In this document: piece by piece, positions 28,433 to 39,234 of the stretch | How positions within the stretch are numbered: the stretch's first letter is position 1 | How the letters are laid out: the number at the start of each line of letters is the position of its first letter | Assembly (NCBI GenBank): GCA_964516975.1 | Contig: CAZFAS010000002.1 | Coordinates: 4,818 to 68,817 of the forward strand | Reading direction: 5' to 3' | From: an uncultured Candidatus Saccharibacteria bacterium | GTDB lineage: Bacteria > Patescibacteriota > Minisyncoccia > Phycocordibacterales > Zambryskibacteraceae | Length of the DNA: 64,000 nt | Translations under genes and position numbers: made by a program | Notes under the pieces: model-generated | The model's input: only the letters and a program-made list of their open reading frames with translations | What the model was told of the DNA's origin: nothing | Databases searched by the model: none

Positions 28433-30229
28433 ATGAAAATAAAAAAACAGAGTACTGGTTTTACTTTGCTTGAGGTGCTTATCGGAGCTGCATTGTTTGC
28501 AATGATTGGAGTTGCGGTATACCAAGGTTATACAACACTCATTACGCTTGTTTCTGCTTCAAGAGTTAAGATTGCAGCGACTGATCTTATTAATGAAGAG
28601 CTTGAGTTAGTTCGAAATTTACAATACAAGGATGTGGGTGAGGTGAATGGTATTCCAGCGGGGGTAATTCCATCATCACAAACATTAGTACGAGATGGAA
28701 TCACTTTCACGGTAAATATCACAGTCAGAAATATTGATGACCCATTTGATGGAAAGATCGGAGGAAGTCCAAACGATCTTTCACCTGCAGACTACAAGCT
28801 CGTGCAAGTCGACGTTGATTGCGCAACGTGTAAAAATTTCCAGACAATGAGTGTTTCTACGAGAGTGTCTCCAAAGAACCTTGAGACAGCTTCAACAAAT
28901 GGTGCGCTTTTCGTAAAGGCAATTGATGCAAATGGACATCCAATTTCTGGAGCGCAGGTGCACATTGAGAATAATAAATTAAGTCCAAGGGTTGTTATTG
29001 ATGATGTGACAGGAGCAGACGGAACCCTTCAGGTTGTTGATGCGCCACCCGCGAATCTCTCATATGAAATTACCGTTACAAAGTCGGGTTATACAACAGA
29101 TAAGACATACGCAACTTCGACCAGTAATCCAAATCCAGTCAAACCCCATGCAACGGTACTTGTTCAGCAGGTTACTCAAATAAGTTTTGTTATTGATCAA
29201 GTCAGTACCGTTAATGTTTCTACAATATCAGATACATGTAGTCCGATAGGTGGTACACAGTTCACTATGTCAGGCACTCGACTGCTCGGTTCAAGTCCTG
29301 ATGTGTATAAATACAATCAAACTTTTACAACTGATGCGACCGGAAGAAAAACAATTTCGAATGTTGAATGGGACAATTACGCTATCACACTTGGTAATAA
29401 TGGAACGTATCTACAAGGTGTAAATCCATTACTTCCCGTTTCTGTGTTACCAGGCGCTGTGCAGAATATAAATCTTATACTTACGTCACAGGCTCCTCAA
29501 CATTTGCTTGTTACAGTGAAAGATAGCACAACATTGCTTCCAGTATCAGGAGCAACAGTGACTCTATCTAAATCTGGTTTCAATCAAACTGCACAAACTG
29601 GTAGGGGGTATTTACATCAGACAGATTGGTCTGGTGGGTCAGGGCAGATTAATTTTACAAATAGTACGCAGTTTTTTACATCTGATGGACATATCGATGT
29701 AAGTAATCCAACTGGTGAAATTAAATTAAATAACGTTTTCGGTGCCTATGAGACTGACGGGAACCTCACCTCGTCTACTTTTGATGCTGGTACAACAAGT
29801 AATTTTAATGAAATAACTTTTGCTCCTACAAATCAGCCACAAGCGACAGGCGCATCAAATATCAGATTTTTGTTTGCAAGCGCTACGACGACAAATCCAA
29901 GTGGTGGCTGGAATTTTCTAGGGCCGGATGGGACAAATGGCACATATTACGGTGCAGCTAATGAAAACATAAACTCAGTTCATAATGGTGATCGATACTT
30001 TAGGTATAAGGTATTTCTTAATACAGCAAGTACAACATTTACTCCAAATGTATCAGATGTTGCGGTTACATTTACTTCGGAATGTATCCCACCTGGGCAA
30101 GTTCTTTTCTCAGGGTTAAGTTCAGGAACCTATTCAATTACGGTTGATAAGACAGGTTATAGTCAGATTGTGGGACAAGTTCCAATTTCAAGTAACTGGC
30201 AGCAGATAGAAGTAATATTACAACCATAA
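28433..30229 (+). CDS. Large minor pilin with carboxypeptidase-regulatory-like domains
   Basis: Prepilin motif G|FTLLE; repeated V.V.D.....PISGA.V beta-sandwich modules. Confidence 0.85.
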   Translation: MKIKKQSTGFTLLEVLIGAALFAMIGVAVYQGYTTLITLVSASRVKIAATDLINEELELVRNLQYKDVGEVNGIPAGVIPSSQTLVRDGITFTVNITVRNIDDPFDGKIGGSPNDLSPADYKLVQVDVDCATCKNFQTMSVSTRVSPKNLETASTNGALFVKAIDANGHPISGAQVHIENNKLSPRVVIDDVTGADGTLQVVDAPPANLSYEITVTKSGYTTDKTYATSTSNPNPVKPHATVLVQQVTQISFVIDQVSTVNVSTISDTCSPIGGTQFTMSGTRLLGSSPDVYKYNQTFTTDATGRKTISNVEWDNYAITLGNNGTYLQGVNPLLPVSVLPGAVQNINLILTSQAPQHLLVTVKDSTTLLPVSGATVTLSKSGFNQTAQTGRGYLHQTDWSGGSGQINFTNSTQFFTSDGHIDVSNPTGEIKLNNVFGAYETDGNLTSSTFDAGTTSNFNEITFAPTNQPQATGASNIRFLFASATTTNPSGGWNFLGPDGTNGTYYGAANENINSVHNGDRYFRYKVFLNTASTTFTPNVSDVAVTFTSECIPPGQVLFSGLSSGTYSITVDKTGYSQIVGQVPISSNWQQIEVILQP

Positions 30230-30847
30230 ATGAAAACATTGCTTTCAAATACAAAAAAGGGAATGACCGCAGTTGAAATTATAGTTTCAGTATCAATTTT
30301 TATTATGATCTTTTTGATCATTTCGAATTTTAATAGAGATATATTTTTCTTAAATTCAAATTTGCAGAGCAATATGAATGCCCAGTTCTATGCTCGAAAG
30401 GTTATTAGAACAATAGTTATGCAACTTCGAAGCGCATCACCATCAAGTTTGGGATCATATCCAATAGCTCAAGCCGGAACATCTTCACTTATTTTTTATA
30501 GCAATATTGATGGAGATGCTTACAAAGAAAGAATTCGGTACTTTCTTCAGGGTACGGATTTTAAAATAGGTATCATAAAGCCCTCTGGTAGCCCTCTTAC
30601 CTATAACCCTGCACAAGAAACTGTTACGACATTAATTCGAGACGTTGTGCCGACAACTACCCCAATTTTTGATTATTATGCAGAGACATATGCCGGAACA
30701 TCGACCGCACTCACTCTTCCAATCGATATTCTTTCTATACGATTAATTCGTGCTACTCTTACTATAGATCAAGATGTGAAGCGTTTACCTTCAGCAGTTA
30801 CCGCAACCTCTCAAGTCATGCTAAGAAATTTAAAAGGAAATCAATAG
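30230..30847 (+). CDS. Minor pilin (PilW/GspJ-like)
   Basis: KKG|MTAVE prepilin motif. Confidence 0.8.
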   Translation: MKTLLSNTKKGMTAVEIIVSVSIFIMIFLIISNFNRDIFFLNSNLQSNMNAQFYARKVIRTIVMQLRSASPSSLGSYPIAQAGTSSLIFYSNIDGDAYKERIRYFLQGTDFKIGIIKPSGSPLTYNPAQETVTTLIRDVVPTTTPIFDYYAETYAGTSTALTLPIDILSIRLIRATLTIDQDVKRLPSAVTATSQVMLRNLKGNQ

Positions 30848-30848
30848 T

Positions 30849-32306
30849 ATGAGTATCAACTATAAAAAGGGACAATTGTTAGTATTGATTTTAGTACTTA
30901 GTTCTATTTCTATTATTTTGATCGGAGGTCTTGTTGGGTGGGCAGGTGTAAACATAAAAGCTTCACGTCAATCTTTGGATAGGGAGCGAGCAATTCAGCT
31001 TGCTGAATCGGGTATTGATTATTATCGCTGGCACTTAGCACATGCAAGTCAGGACTTTCAGGATGGTACAGGTCAGGCAGGCCCTTATGTGCATGATGTT
31101 AAAGATAAAAATGGAGTATCGATCGGTTCGTTTTCCCTCACCATTACACCTCCTATCGTAGGTTCAACAAAAGTAAAAGTGGTGTCTACTGGAATGCCCA
31201 CAAGTACGAGTATAGTAAGAAAAATACAAGTTGAATTTGCTATACCGTCACTTGCAAAATATGCTGTCGTTGCAAATGACAATATTCGATTTGGAGAGGG
31301 AACAGAAGTGTTTGGACCCATCCACTCCAATCAAGGTATTCGATTTGATGGTTTTACTCATAATAATATAACAAGCGCGCTTGCATCATATGATGATCCT
31401 GACCATTCTGGGGCAGCTGAATATGGAGTGCATACTCATTTAAATATACCAGTAAGTAGTGGTGTGAATGATACATTTAGACCACTTGAGGCCCCACCAG
31501 CAACTATTGCTGCAAGATCCGATGTGTTTGAGGTTGGAAGACAATTTCCAGTTCCCGCTGAGGATTTTGTTGGGCTCACTACGAACCTTGCACAGATAAA
31601 AACTAGTGCACAGTCATCGGGGAGATATTTCGCACCCTCAGGAGCCCAAGGCTACCTTATTATTTTGAAGACAAATGACTCGTTTGATCTGTATAAAGTT
31701 AATACACAGGTTACACCATCTTCAAACTGCACTAATTCAACATCCCAAACAGGATGGGGTACATGGAGTGTTAATGCAAAGACTTTTGTTGCCAATTATG
31801 CAATTCCCGTAAATGGACTTATTTTTGTGGAGGATAATCTATGGGTTGAAGGTGCAATAAATACAGCACGAGTAACAATAGCTGCTGGGAGATTTCCGGA
31901 TAGTCCAGCGACGAGGCCTGCAATAACAGTAAATAATAATTTAACTTATACAAATTATGATGGTACAGATGTGGTATCTCTTATTTCTCAAGGTAATTTA
32001 AATGTTGGGATGGTTAGTCAAGACAATCTTCGTATTGATGCTGCGTTGGTGGCACAGAATGGTCGTGTAGGAAGGTATTATTATCCAGGGCCTGGAAATC
32101 GAACATGCGCACCCTATCATTCGAGAGCAAGCATTACGCTTTACGGCATGATAGTCACAAATCTACGTTATGGATTTGCTTACACAGATGGAAATGGCTA
32201 TGACGTGAGAAACATCACTTATGATGCAAATCTCCTCTATGGCCCACCACCAAGTTTCCCACTTACAACTGATCAATATCAAGTTATTTCTTGGCAAGAG
32301 ATATAA
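30849..32306 (+). CDS. PilX/GspK-like minor pilin
   Basis: KKG|QLLVL (no Glu5), A.QLAESGI, C-terminal SWQEI. Confidence 0.8.
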   Translation: MSINYKKGQLLVLILVLSSISIILIGGLVGWAGVNIKASRQSLDRERAIQLAESGIDYYRWHLAHASQDFQDGTGQAGPYVHDVKDKNGVSIGSFSLTITPPIVGSTKVKVVSTGMPTSTSIVRKIQVEFAIPSLAKYAVVANDNIRFGEGTEVFGPIHSNQGIRFDGFTHNNITSALASYDDPDHSGAAEYGVHTHLNIPVSSGVNDTFRPLEAPPATIAARSDVFEVGRQFPVPAEDFVGLTTNLAQIKTSAQSSGRYFAPSGAQGYLIILKTNDSFDLYKVNTQVTPSSNCTNSTSQTGWGTWSVNAKTFVANYAIPVNGLIFVEDNLWVEGAINTARVTIAAGRFPDSPATRPAITVNNNLTYTNYDGTDVVSLISQGNLNVGMVSQDNLRIDAALVAQNGRVGRYYYPGPGNRTCAPYHSRASITLYGMIVTNLRYGFAYTDGNGYDVRNITYDANLLYGPPPSFPLTTDQYQVISWQEI

Positions 32307-32331
32307 ATTACTCTCATGATATAATGTGCGA

Positions 32332-33090
32332 ATGAAAAAGATCGTCATAGCAAACTGGAAAATGAACCCAGTTAGCCTTACAGAGGCAAAAAAATTGTTT
32401 ACAGAAACAAAGAGAAAAGCGGGTGCTTTAAAGAAGACACAGGTCGTGGTGTGTTCTCCGTTTGTTTTTTTATCGTCACTCATTGTTAAGAAAAATAAAA
32501 AGTTTTTCCTTGGATCACAGGATTCTTTTTGGATTCCATCTGGAGCGTATACGGGTGAAGTGAGCAGTGAAATGCTGAAGAGTCTCGGTGTGTCACACGT
32601 AATTGTTGGGCACTCAGAAAGAAGGGGAATGGGAGAAACAGATGAAATGGTTTCAAAGAAGATCGCCTCACTTACAAAGTTGCAAATCGTTCCAGTGCTT
32701 TGCATTGGTGAAAGAGAGCGAGATACACATGGTGAGTATTTAGCCATTCTCTCAAAGCAAATAAAAGCGTCCCTTTCAGGTGTTCAAAAAAGGGATGTTA
32801 AAAATATTGTTATTGCGTATGAACCAATTTGGGCAATCGGGAAAACTGCAGAAGAAGCGATGAATCCTCATAAGTTACATGAAATGGTTCTCTATATTCG
32901 TAAGGTGCTCGCAGAAATATATGGAAGAGATATTGCACAGAGTGTGCAGATAATCTACGGAGGATCAGTTGAATCGAAAAATGCACAGGCACTTATGAAA
33001 GATGGAAATGTTTCTGGTTTTCTTGTTGGGCACGCATCACTATCCGCAAAGGGTTTTGGTGAAATTATTACAGCTGTAGAAAAATCATAA
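32332..33090 (+). CDS. tpiA: Triosephosphate isomerase
   Basis: ANWKMN, GAYTGEVS, GHSERR, AYEPIWAIG, YGGSV. Confidence 0.97.
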   Translation: MKKIVIANWKMNPVSLTEAKKLFTETKRKAGALKKTQVVVCSPFVFLSSLIVKKNKKFFLGSQDSFWIPSGAYTGEVSSEMLKSLGVSHVIVGHSERRGMGETDEMVSKKIASLTKLQIVPVLCIGERERDTHGEYLAILSKQIKASLSGVQKRDVKNIVIAYEPIWAIGKTAEEAMNPHKLHEMVLYIRKVLAEIYGRDIAQSVQIIYGGSVESKNAQALMKDGNVSGFLVGHASLSAKGFGEIITAVEKS

Positions 33091-33091
33091 T

Positions 33092-34204
33092 ATGAAAGGA
33101 ATTCGAGGGGTTGATGTGAAAGGGAAAAGAGTGTTTGTGCGTGCAGATTTCAACGTGCCTATTAGTAATGGGAAAGTTGCTGATTCATTTCGTATAGAAA
33201 AAACTCTCGAGACTATTCAGTATTTGGTGGCGGGAGGGGCACATATTATCCTTGCAAGTCATATTGAAAATGATGCTGGAGAAAATTCACTAAGGCCGGT
33301 ATATGAATATTTACAAGAGAAATTTCCTATGGAATTTGTTTCTGAATATTATCCTAATACTCCAGCAGAGCTCGGTCATGCATTTGAAAATGGTAAAATT
33401 GTATTACTTGAGAATCTACGAAAATACGAAGGTGAAAAAAATAATGATGATGTGTTTGCAAAACATCTTTCGAGTTTTGCGGACATCTATGTTAATGAGT
33501 CATTTGCAACTTCACATAGAAGACATGCTTCACTTGTAAAAATTCCTACTTATATCCCTGCGTATGCGGGTATAGTATTTGAGCAAGAGGTAACCGAACT
33601 TTCAAGGGCTTTTCATCCCGAACATCCATTCCTATTTATTCTTGGTGGTGCAAAATTTGAAACAAAATTACCCCTCATTCAGAAGTTTTTTGCGCTTGCT
33701 GACAAAGTATTTATTGGTGGCGCGCTTGCGAATGATTTTTTGAAAGCGAAGGGGGTTAATACAGGAATCTCACTGCTATCTAAAGGAAATATATCTGTAA
33801 CAGAATTTTTAACTGATAAACTTATTTTACCTATAGATGTTAGGGTAAAAACTGCAGATGGTGTAAAAGTAAAAAAAATTGAGGAAATAGATGACGGAGA
33901 TTTTATCGTGGATGTTGGTCCGCAGACGATTGAGTCTATGGATTCAATTATTTTGGACTCGAAATTTATATTATGGAATGGGCCACTTGGAAATTATGAA
34001 ATAGGATTTAAGGATTCAACATTAGAATTAGCTAAAAAAATTGCAGATAGTGAAGCCATGTCTATCGTTGGTGGGGGAGATACCGTCGCATCTATTGCAG
34101 AGCTCGGACTCAGTAGCAAGTTTTCTTTTATATCTACAGGTGGTGGGGCAATGCTTGATTTTCTTGCGAATGAGACACTCCCAGGTATAGAAGCTTTAGG
34201 GTAG
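33092..34204 (+). CDS. pgk: Phosphoglycerate kinase
   Basis: RADFNVP, LENLR, GGAK, WNGPLG, GGGDT, STGGGA. Confidence 0.96.
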   Translation: MKGIRGVDVKGKRVFVRADFNVPISNGKVADSFRIEKTLETIQYLVAGGAHIILASHIENDAGENSLRPVYEYLQEKFPMEFVSEYYPNTPAELGHAFENGKIVLLENLRKYEGEKNNDDVFAKHLSSFADIYVNESFATSHRRHASLVKIPTYIPAYAGIVFEQEVTELSRAFHPEHPFLFILGGAKFETKLPLIQKFFALADKVFIGGALANDFLKAKGVNTGISLLSKGNISVTEFLTDKLILPIDVRVKTADGVKVKKIEEIDDGDFIVDVGPQTIESMDSIILDSKFILWNGPLGNYEIGFKDSTLELAKKIADSEAMSIVGGGDTVASIAELGLSSKFSFISTGGGAMLDFLANETLPGIEALG

Positions 34205-34603
34205 ATTATTTTTTATTTTTTGTGCGATTTCTTGCATGCGCTCTGCGCTCTCATACTTTGTTGCTGGCCAAAACCCAGCTAAGCCGTCGTCTTTAAATCG
34301 TGGAATAAGATGTATGTGGAAATGCGGGACATCGGTACCGACAACTGTAAGCACCACAAAATCAGCACCAACGCCTTTTCTAATCGGCTCTATAAGCGAT
34401 TTTGCTTTTACAAAAAGGGTTTCAATGAGGTGATCAGGTGTTTGGACTAGTGATTCATGGTGTTCCTTCGGTATAACAAGAACATGACCTTCGTGGACGG
34501 GGTTAATATCGAGTAGGGAAAGTGACACGCCATCTTCATGAATAATGGTTGCAGGTATTTCCTTTTTTATGATTTTACAAAATATGCAATTTTCCATATA
34601 CAT
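34196..34603 (-). CDS. HIT family hydrolase
   Basis: CIFCKI, DINP..GH.LVIPK, HFHIH triad. Confidence 0.93.
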   Translation of the reverse strand: MYMENCIFCKIIKKEIPATIIHEDGVSLSLLDINPVHEGHVLVIPKEHHESLVQTPDHLIETLFVKAKSLIEPIRKGVGADFVVLTVVGTDVPHFHIHLIPRFKDDGLAGFWPATKYESAERMQEIAQKIKNNLP

Positions 34604-34658
34604 ATCAGTATAGCGATAGTTGGAGTTTTCTAGAAGCCCTCATGATAGAATGTGCCCT

Positions 34659-36359
34659 ATGAAATCATACCGAATGAGAGAAAGGGTCACTAAAAGGCCA
34701 GATTCATTAGCACACTATCCAGTTATCCTTCAAAACCTCCTTCTTGCGCGTGGACTTAGCGAACCAGCACATATTGAACAGTTTTTAAACCCAGACTATG
34801 AATCTGGGCTCCACGACCCGTTTCTCCTCAATGACATGGATAAGGCGGTAGATCGAATTCTTTTTGCAATAGCAAACAAAGAAAATATTTTAATTTACAG
34901 TGATTATGATGCCGATGGTATCCCAGGTGGAGTGATGCTTAAAGAATTTTTCGATAAGATTGGATATGTTCAAGTAGAAAATTATATCCCACATCGGCAC
35001 GATGAAGGATATGGATTGCATCTCGACGCAGTGGAGTCTTTTCTTCCGAAGGATATAAAACTTATCATCACGGTTGATTGTGGAATCGTAGATGTCGATC
35101 AAGTTGCTCGTGCACAGGAACTCGGTATGGATGTAATTATTACTGATCATCATGAGCAAGGGCAAGAACTCCCTCCTGCATATGCAGTTATTAACCCAAA
35201 ACGTAATGATTCCACGTATCCTGAGAAAATATTGTGCGGATCGGGCGTTGCATTTAAATTAATTCAAGCAATACTTTCAAAAAATCGTTTTGGGATGATT
35301 GAGGGCCATGAAAAATGGTTCCTTGATCTTGTTGGTATGGCAACACTCTCCGACATGGTTCCATTGGTAGGAGAAAACAGGGTGCTCGCGCACTACGGTT
35401 TGAAAGTTTTGAGGAAATCGCCGAGGCCTGGACTCCAAGAGTTGTGGAAAAAGCTCCGGGTGAACCAATCAAAGCTTGTCGAGGATGATATTGGATTTTC
35501 ACTCTCACCTCGGATAAACGCTGCTTCTCGAATGGGACACCCAATGGATGGGTTTAGGCTTCTCTATACAAAAGATTTTCTCGAGGGAAGTGAGTCGGCT
35601 TTGTACTTGGATAAAATAAATAATGAACGAAAAGGCGTTGTCGCTTCTCTTGTAAAAGATATTCGTAAAAGAATTCGTGAACGTGAATTGCAAGGTGAAT
35701 TACCACAAGTATTAGTATTTGGAAATCCTGAATGGAAACCAGCGCTTTTAGGACTCGCTGGTAATTCAATTATGGATGATATTAATCGTCCGATATTTCT
35801 TTGGGGGAGAAATGGGGATACTGATTTAAAGGGTTCATGCAGGTCGAATGGTAGCGTTGATCTCGTGAAGCTTATGCAAGAGGCAGGAAGTGTTTTCACT
35901 CAGTTTGGGGGTCATAAGATGGCAGGAGGGTTCGCGCTTGCTCATGATTCAGTGCATACTCTCGAAGAAGTTTTAAATAGTGCATATGAAGTGGTCAAAG
36001 GTGGTGAAGAAATTGTCTACTGGATAGACGAGGAACTTGATATACATGACATTACTAACGAAACATACGAACACTTACATAAGCTTGCACCGTTTGGTGT
36101 GGGGAATGAGAGACCAGTATTCCTTTTTAAAGATACTCCTATCCAAAAAGTTGGTTTATTCGGAAAAGAAAAAAATCATCTGGAATTAATACTCGGCGAT
36201 GAATTAAAAAGCGTGAAGGCGATAAAGTTTTTCTCAAAACCAGAAAGCTTTGAGAAATCTCCGAAAGAGAATGAGTCAAGAGATATTATTGCAACAATAG
36301 AGAAATCAACATTTGGATACAGACCAGAGCTTCGATTGCGGATTATTGATATCATATAA
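34659..36359 (+). CDS. recJ: ssDNA-specific exonuclease RecJ
   Basis: DYDADG, TVDCG, TDHH, PRINAASR, GGH..AGG, PFG.GN. Confidence 0.95.
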   Translation: MKSYRMRERVTKRPDSLAHYPVILQNLLLARGLSEPAHIEQFLNPDYESGLHDPFLLNDMDKAVDRILFAIANKENILIYSDYDADGIPGGVMLKEFFDKIGYVQVENYIPHRHDEGYGLHLDAVESFLPKDIKLIITVDCGIVDVDQVARAQELGMDVIITDHHEQGQELPPAYAVINPKRNDSTYPEKILCGSGVAFKLIQAILSKNRFGMIEGHEKWFLDLVGMATLSDMVPLVGENRVLAHYGLKVLRKSPRPGLQELWKKLRVNQSKLVEDDIGFSLSPRINAASRMGHPMDGFRLLYTKDFLEGSESALYLDKINNERKGVVASLVKDIRKRIRERELQGELPQVLVFGNPEWKPALLGLAGNSIMDDINRPIFLWGRNGDTDLKGSCRSNGSVDLVKLMQEAGSVFTQFGGHKMAGGFALAHDSVHTLEEVLNSAYEVVKGGEEIVYWIDEELDIHDITNETYEHLHKLAPFGVGNERPVFLFKDTPIQKVGLFGKEKNHLELILGDELKSVKAIKFFSKPESFEKSPKENESRDIIATIEKSTFGYRPELRLRIIDII

Positions 36360-36361
36360 CA

Positions 36362-37066
36362 ATGGCAACAATAAAAATTTTTACTGATGGGTCATCACGA
36401 GGGAACCCAGGACCGGGTGGGTGGGGAAGTATTGTTGTAACGGACGATATGGTTATGGAGCTCGGTGGGAGAGAAGAGTACACCACAAATAACAGAATGG
36501 AGCTTACTGCAGTGCTAGAGGGGTTACGACGTACTACTCATAATGATTTGATTACGGTGTACACAGATTCTAGTTATGTATTAAAAGGTTGTACCCTATG
36601 GCTTTCAACGTGGAAGAAGAATGATTGGCTGACAAAAGGGAAAGATCCAGTTTTGAATAAAGATATATGGGTTGCAATGGATGATCTCCTTTCCACAAAA
36701 AAAATTACGTGGAAACTGTTACCAGGGCACTCTGGAATCCCTGCAAATGAGCGCTGTGACGAGATTGCTACCACTTTTGCAGATAACCTAGTCCCAGATT
36801 TATATTCAGGTAAAATCAGCGAATATGGCGTTGATATTACAGTGCTTGAATCAGAGGGAGGTAAAAAGCCTTCACGAAGTAAACAAAGTGCTGGAAAGGC
36901 GTATTCGTATGTGAGTATGGTGAATGGAGAAATACTTACTCATACAACATGGGAGCAGTGTGAGAAGCGGGTGAAAGGTGTTAAAAATACAAAGTTTAAA
37001 AAAGCCATGTCGCTTGAAGATGAACAGAATATAATCAGAGAATGGAGAAAGATTTCTCATATATAG
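36362..37066 (+). CDS. rnhA: Ribonuclease HI with C-terminal hybrid-binding-like domain
   Basis: FTDGSSRGNPGPGG, TNNRMEL, TDS.YV, GHSG..NERCD; tail TW..C..RVKG....FKK. Confidence 0.92.
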   Translation: MATIKIFTDGSSRGNPGPGGWGSIVVTDDMVMELGGREEYTTNNRMELTAVLEGLRRTTHNDLITVYTDSSYVLKGCTLWLSTWKKNDWLTKGKDPVLNKDIWVAMDDLLSTKKITWKLLPGHSGIPANERCDEIATTFADNLVPDLYSGKISEYGVDITVLESEGGKKPSRSKQSAGKAYSYVSMVNGEILTHTTWEQCEKRVKGVKNTKFKKAMSLEDEQNIIREWRKISHI

Positions 37067-38532
37067 AAAAGAATCAGTTTTTCATTACAGTATCAAGTTT
37101 TTTCCTTGGGGTTCTCTTTGCTTCTTTTTTCCATATCAGCATACCTCTCTTCGTTTCCTGTATATTCTTCGCACTAGGTACTCTTCTCTATAGTAATTTC
37201 ACATTTAAGTTTTCAAAAAAATTTTTCATTACATTTGTATTATGTTTAGCTTTCTTTGCACTAGGGACCTTTCGATTTTATACAAAAGATGTTGATCACA
37301 GAAATAGTAATATAGATTCCCATATGGGGAAGCAGATTACCTTCACTGCTACCATCGTGGAGTCACCCGTAGAAAAAGAAAATGGTCGTGATTATATAGT
37401 GAAGGCTCCTAGTGGATCGATGAATATTTTAGTTCATGCTGGATTATATCCAGCATTTCGATATGGCGACACGGTAACATTTACTGGAAAACTTGATGTA
37501 CCAAAAAGCTTTGAAACAGATACAGGAAAGGTGTTTGATTATCCTTCGTATTTAAAAAAGAATGGGGTGGGGTATATTCTCTCATTTGCGAAAGGGGAGC
37601 ATGTTTCATCAGGTAACGCACACATAGTGACTGATTATTTGTTTAGAATACGGGATTCGTTTGTTCGTAATATTCAAAAGGTTGTTCCTGAGCCGGGAGC
37701 TTCACTTCTAACAGGAATACTTTTAGGTAATGATTCAATGCCAAAAAGTATCGAAGATTCATTCCGAAGAACTGGTATTGTCCATATTGTCGTACTGTCA
37801 GGTTATAACATCACTATTGTTGCCGAGTCCTTAGTTCAGGCATTTGCATTTCTTCCGAAATATTTTTCATTGGGAGCTGGTGCCCTTGGTATTATTCTTT
37901 TTTCTCTTATGGTTGGCGGAACACCCTCAGTTCTTCGCGCCTCATGTATGGCACTACTCGTGCTTATCGCAAAATTTACGGGGAGAACATATGACGTTGG
38001 GAGAGCCCTCATTATTTCGGGTTTTATTATGGTGTTCGTTAATCCGTATTTATTAGTTTTTGATACCTCGTTTCAGTTATCATTTCTTTCAACGATTGCC
38101 CTAATCTGGATTTCTCCCGTTGTAGTGAGATATTTAGAGTGGGTTCCACATCGTTTCGGCATTCAAGAGATAACATGTGCAACATTATCGACTCAGCTAT
38201 TCGTTCTTCCTCTTATTTTATTAAAGATCGGGCAGGTTTCGCTTGTTGGTCTCCCTGTGAACTTGCTTGTGCTTGGAGTTATACCACTTCTTATGCTCAT
38301 CGGATTTGTGACCGGACTCTTGGGATATGTAGCTCATGCAATTGCGCTTCCGTTCGCTTTTCTAGCACACATCATTCTCTCGTATGTATTTCTTGTAGTT
38401 AAAATATTTGATTCATTCTCATTTGCTTCGATTTCGATTCCATATTTTGGCGCAACGTTATTTATCACTTTGTATGTTTTTTATGGAGTAGCATTTTTCA
38501 ATTTGAAAGATAAGAAAAAAAGCACCAACTAG
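37042..38532 (+). CDS. comEC: ComEC/Rec2 competence channel (OB + competence domain)
   Basis: TGIVHIVVLSGYN, PSVLRA, SFQLSF; multi-TM; no MBL domain. Confidence 0.9.
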   Translation: MEKDFSYIEKNQFFITVSSFFLGVLFASFFHISIPLFVSCIFFALGTLLYSNFTFKFSKKFFITFVLCLAFFALGTFRFYTKDVDHRNSNIDSHMGKQITFTATIVESPVEKENGRDYIVKAPSGSMNILVHAGLYPAFRYGDTVTFTGKLDVPKSFETDTGKVFDYPSYLKKNGVGYILSFAKGEHVSSGNAHIVTDYLFRIRDSFVRNIQKVVPEPGASLLTGILLGNDSMPKSIEDSFRRTGIVHIVVLSGYNITIVAESLVQAFAFLPKYFSLGAGALGIILFSLMVGGTPSVLRASCMALLVLIAKFTGRTYDVGRALIISGFIMVFVNPYLLVFDTSFQLSFLSTIALIWISPVVVRYLEWVPHRFGIQEITCATLSTQLFVLPLILLKIGQVSLVGLPVNLLVLGVIPLLMLIGFVTGLLGYVAHAIALPFAFLAHIILSYVFLVVKIFDSFSFASISIPYFGATLFITLYVFYGVAFFNLKDKKKSTN

Positions 38533-38546
38533 GTGCTTTTTTCTAA

Positions 38547-39149
38547 TTATTCTATTGAGTCTGTATAGTTTTTTTCTATTACACCCCAGTTAAGATTCGA
38601 TAAGAAGTCCTCGATATACTGTTTTTTTCCTGATGGCTGATAGTCCGCAACAAATGCGTGTTCCCACATATCGATACCAAGGATCCAAGAAAGTCCTGTG
38701 AGGTGGCCCAAATGCTGCTCATCGATCCATTGGATGAGGAGTTGGTTTGAATACTTGTCATGATAGAGCACAGTCCAACCGATACCACGAGTAAGTGCTA
38801 CAGCTTTGAATCTAGAAAGGAATGCATCGTATGAACCGAAGTTTTCTTTGATTGCTTGCATAAGTGGTCCATCAGACAGTGGCGCTGCTCCACCTTCGAG
38901 TGATGCGAAATAGTATTCATGGTTTCTCATGCCATCGAACTCAAATGCAAATCTACGGGAAAGTTCGCTTGTAAAATATGTGACAAATGGATCCTTTTCT
39001 GCCCACGTCTCATATTCTGGGATCTTTTCCATGATCGAATTAGCATTTTTTACGTATCCAGCATAGAGTTTAAGATGTTCCTCAATATTTTTTGCAGATA
39101 TTCCTTTAAGCTCAGGAATAGAAAATTTTCTTTCTTCAAATTTTTTCAT
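38547..39149 (-). CDS. Fe/Mn superoxide dismutase family protein
   Basis: EEHLKLY.GYV, NHEYYF, DMWEHAF. Confidence 0.88.
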   Translation of the reverse strand: MKKFEERKFSIPELKGISAKNIEEHLKLYAGYVKNANSIMEKIPEYETWAEKDPFVTYFTSELSRRFAFEFDGMRNHEYYFASLEGGAAPLSDGPLMQAIKENFGSYDAFLSRFKAVALTRGIGWTVLYHDKYSNQLLIQWIDEQHLGHLTGLSWILGIDMWEHAFVADYQPSGKKQYIEDFLSNLNWGVIEKNYTDSIE

Positions 39150-39234
39150 ATATTTTTTATTAGTATGAGTAGTATAGCATTTAAGAGAGGGTCGTAATAT
39201 TCCATCTTTTTGGAAATTAGACCATAATATAGGT

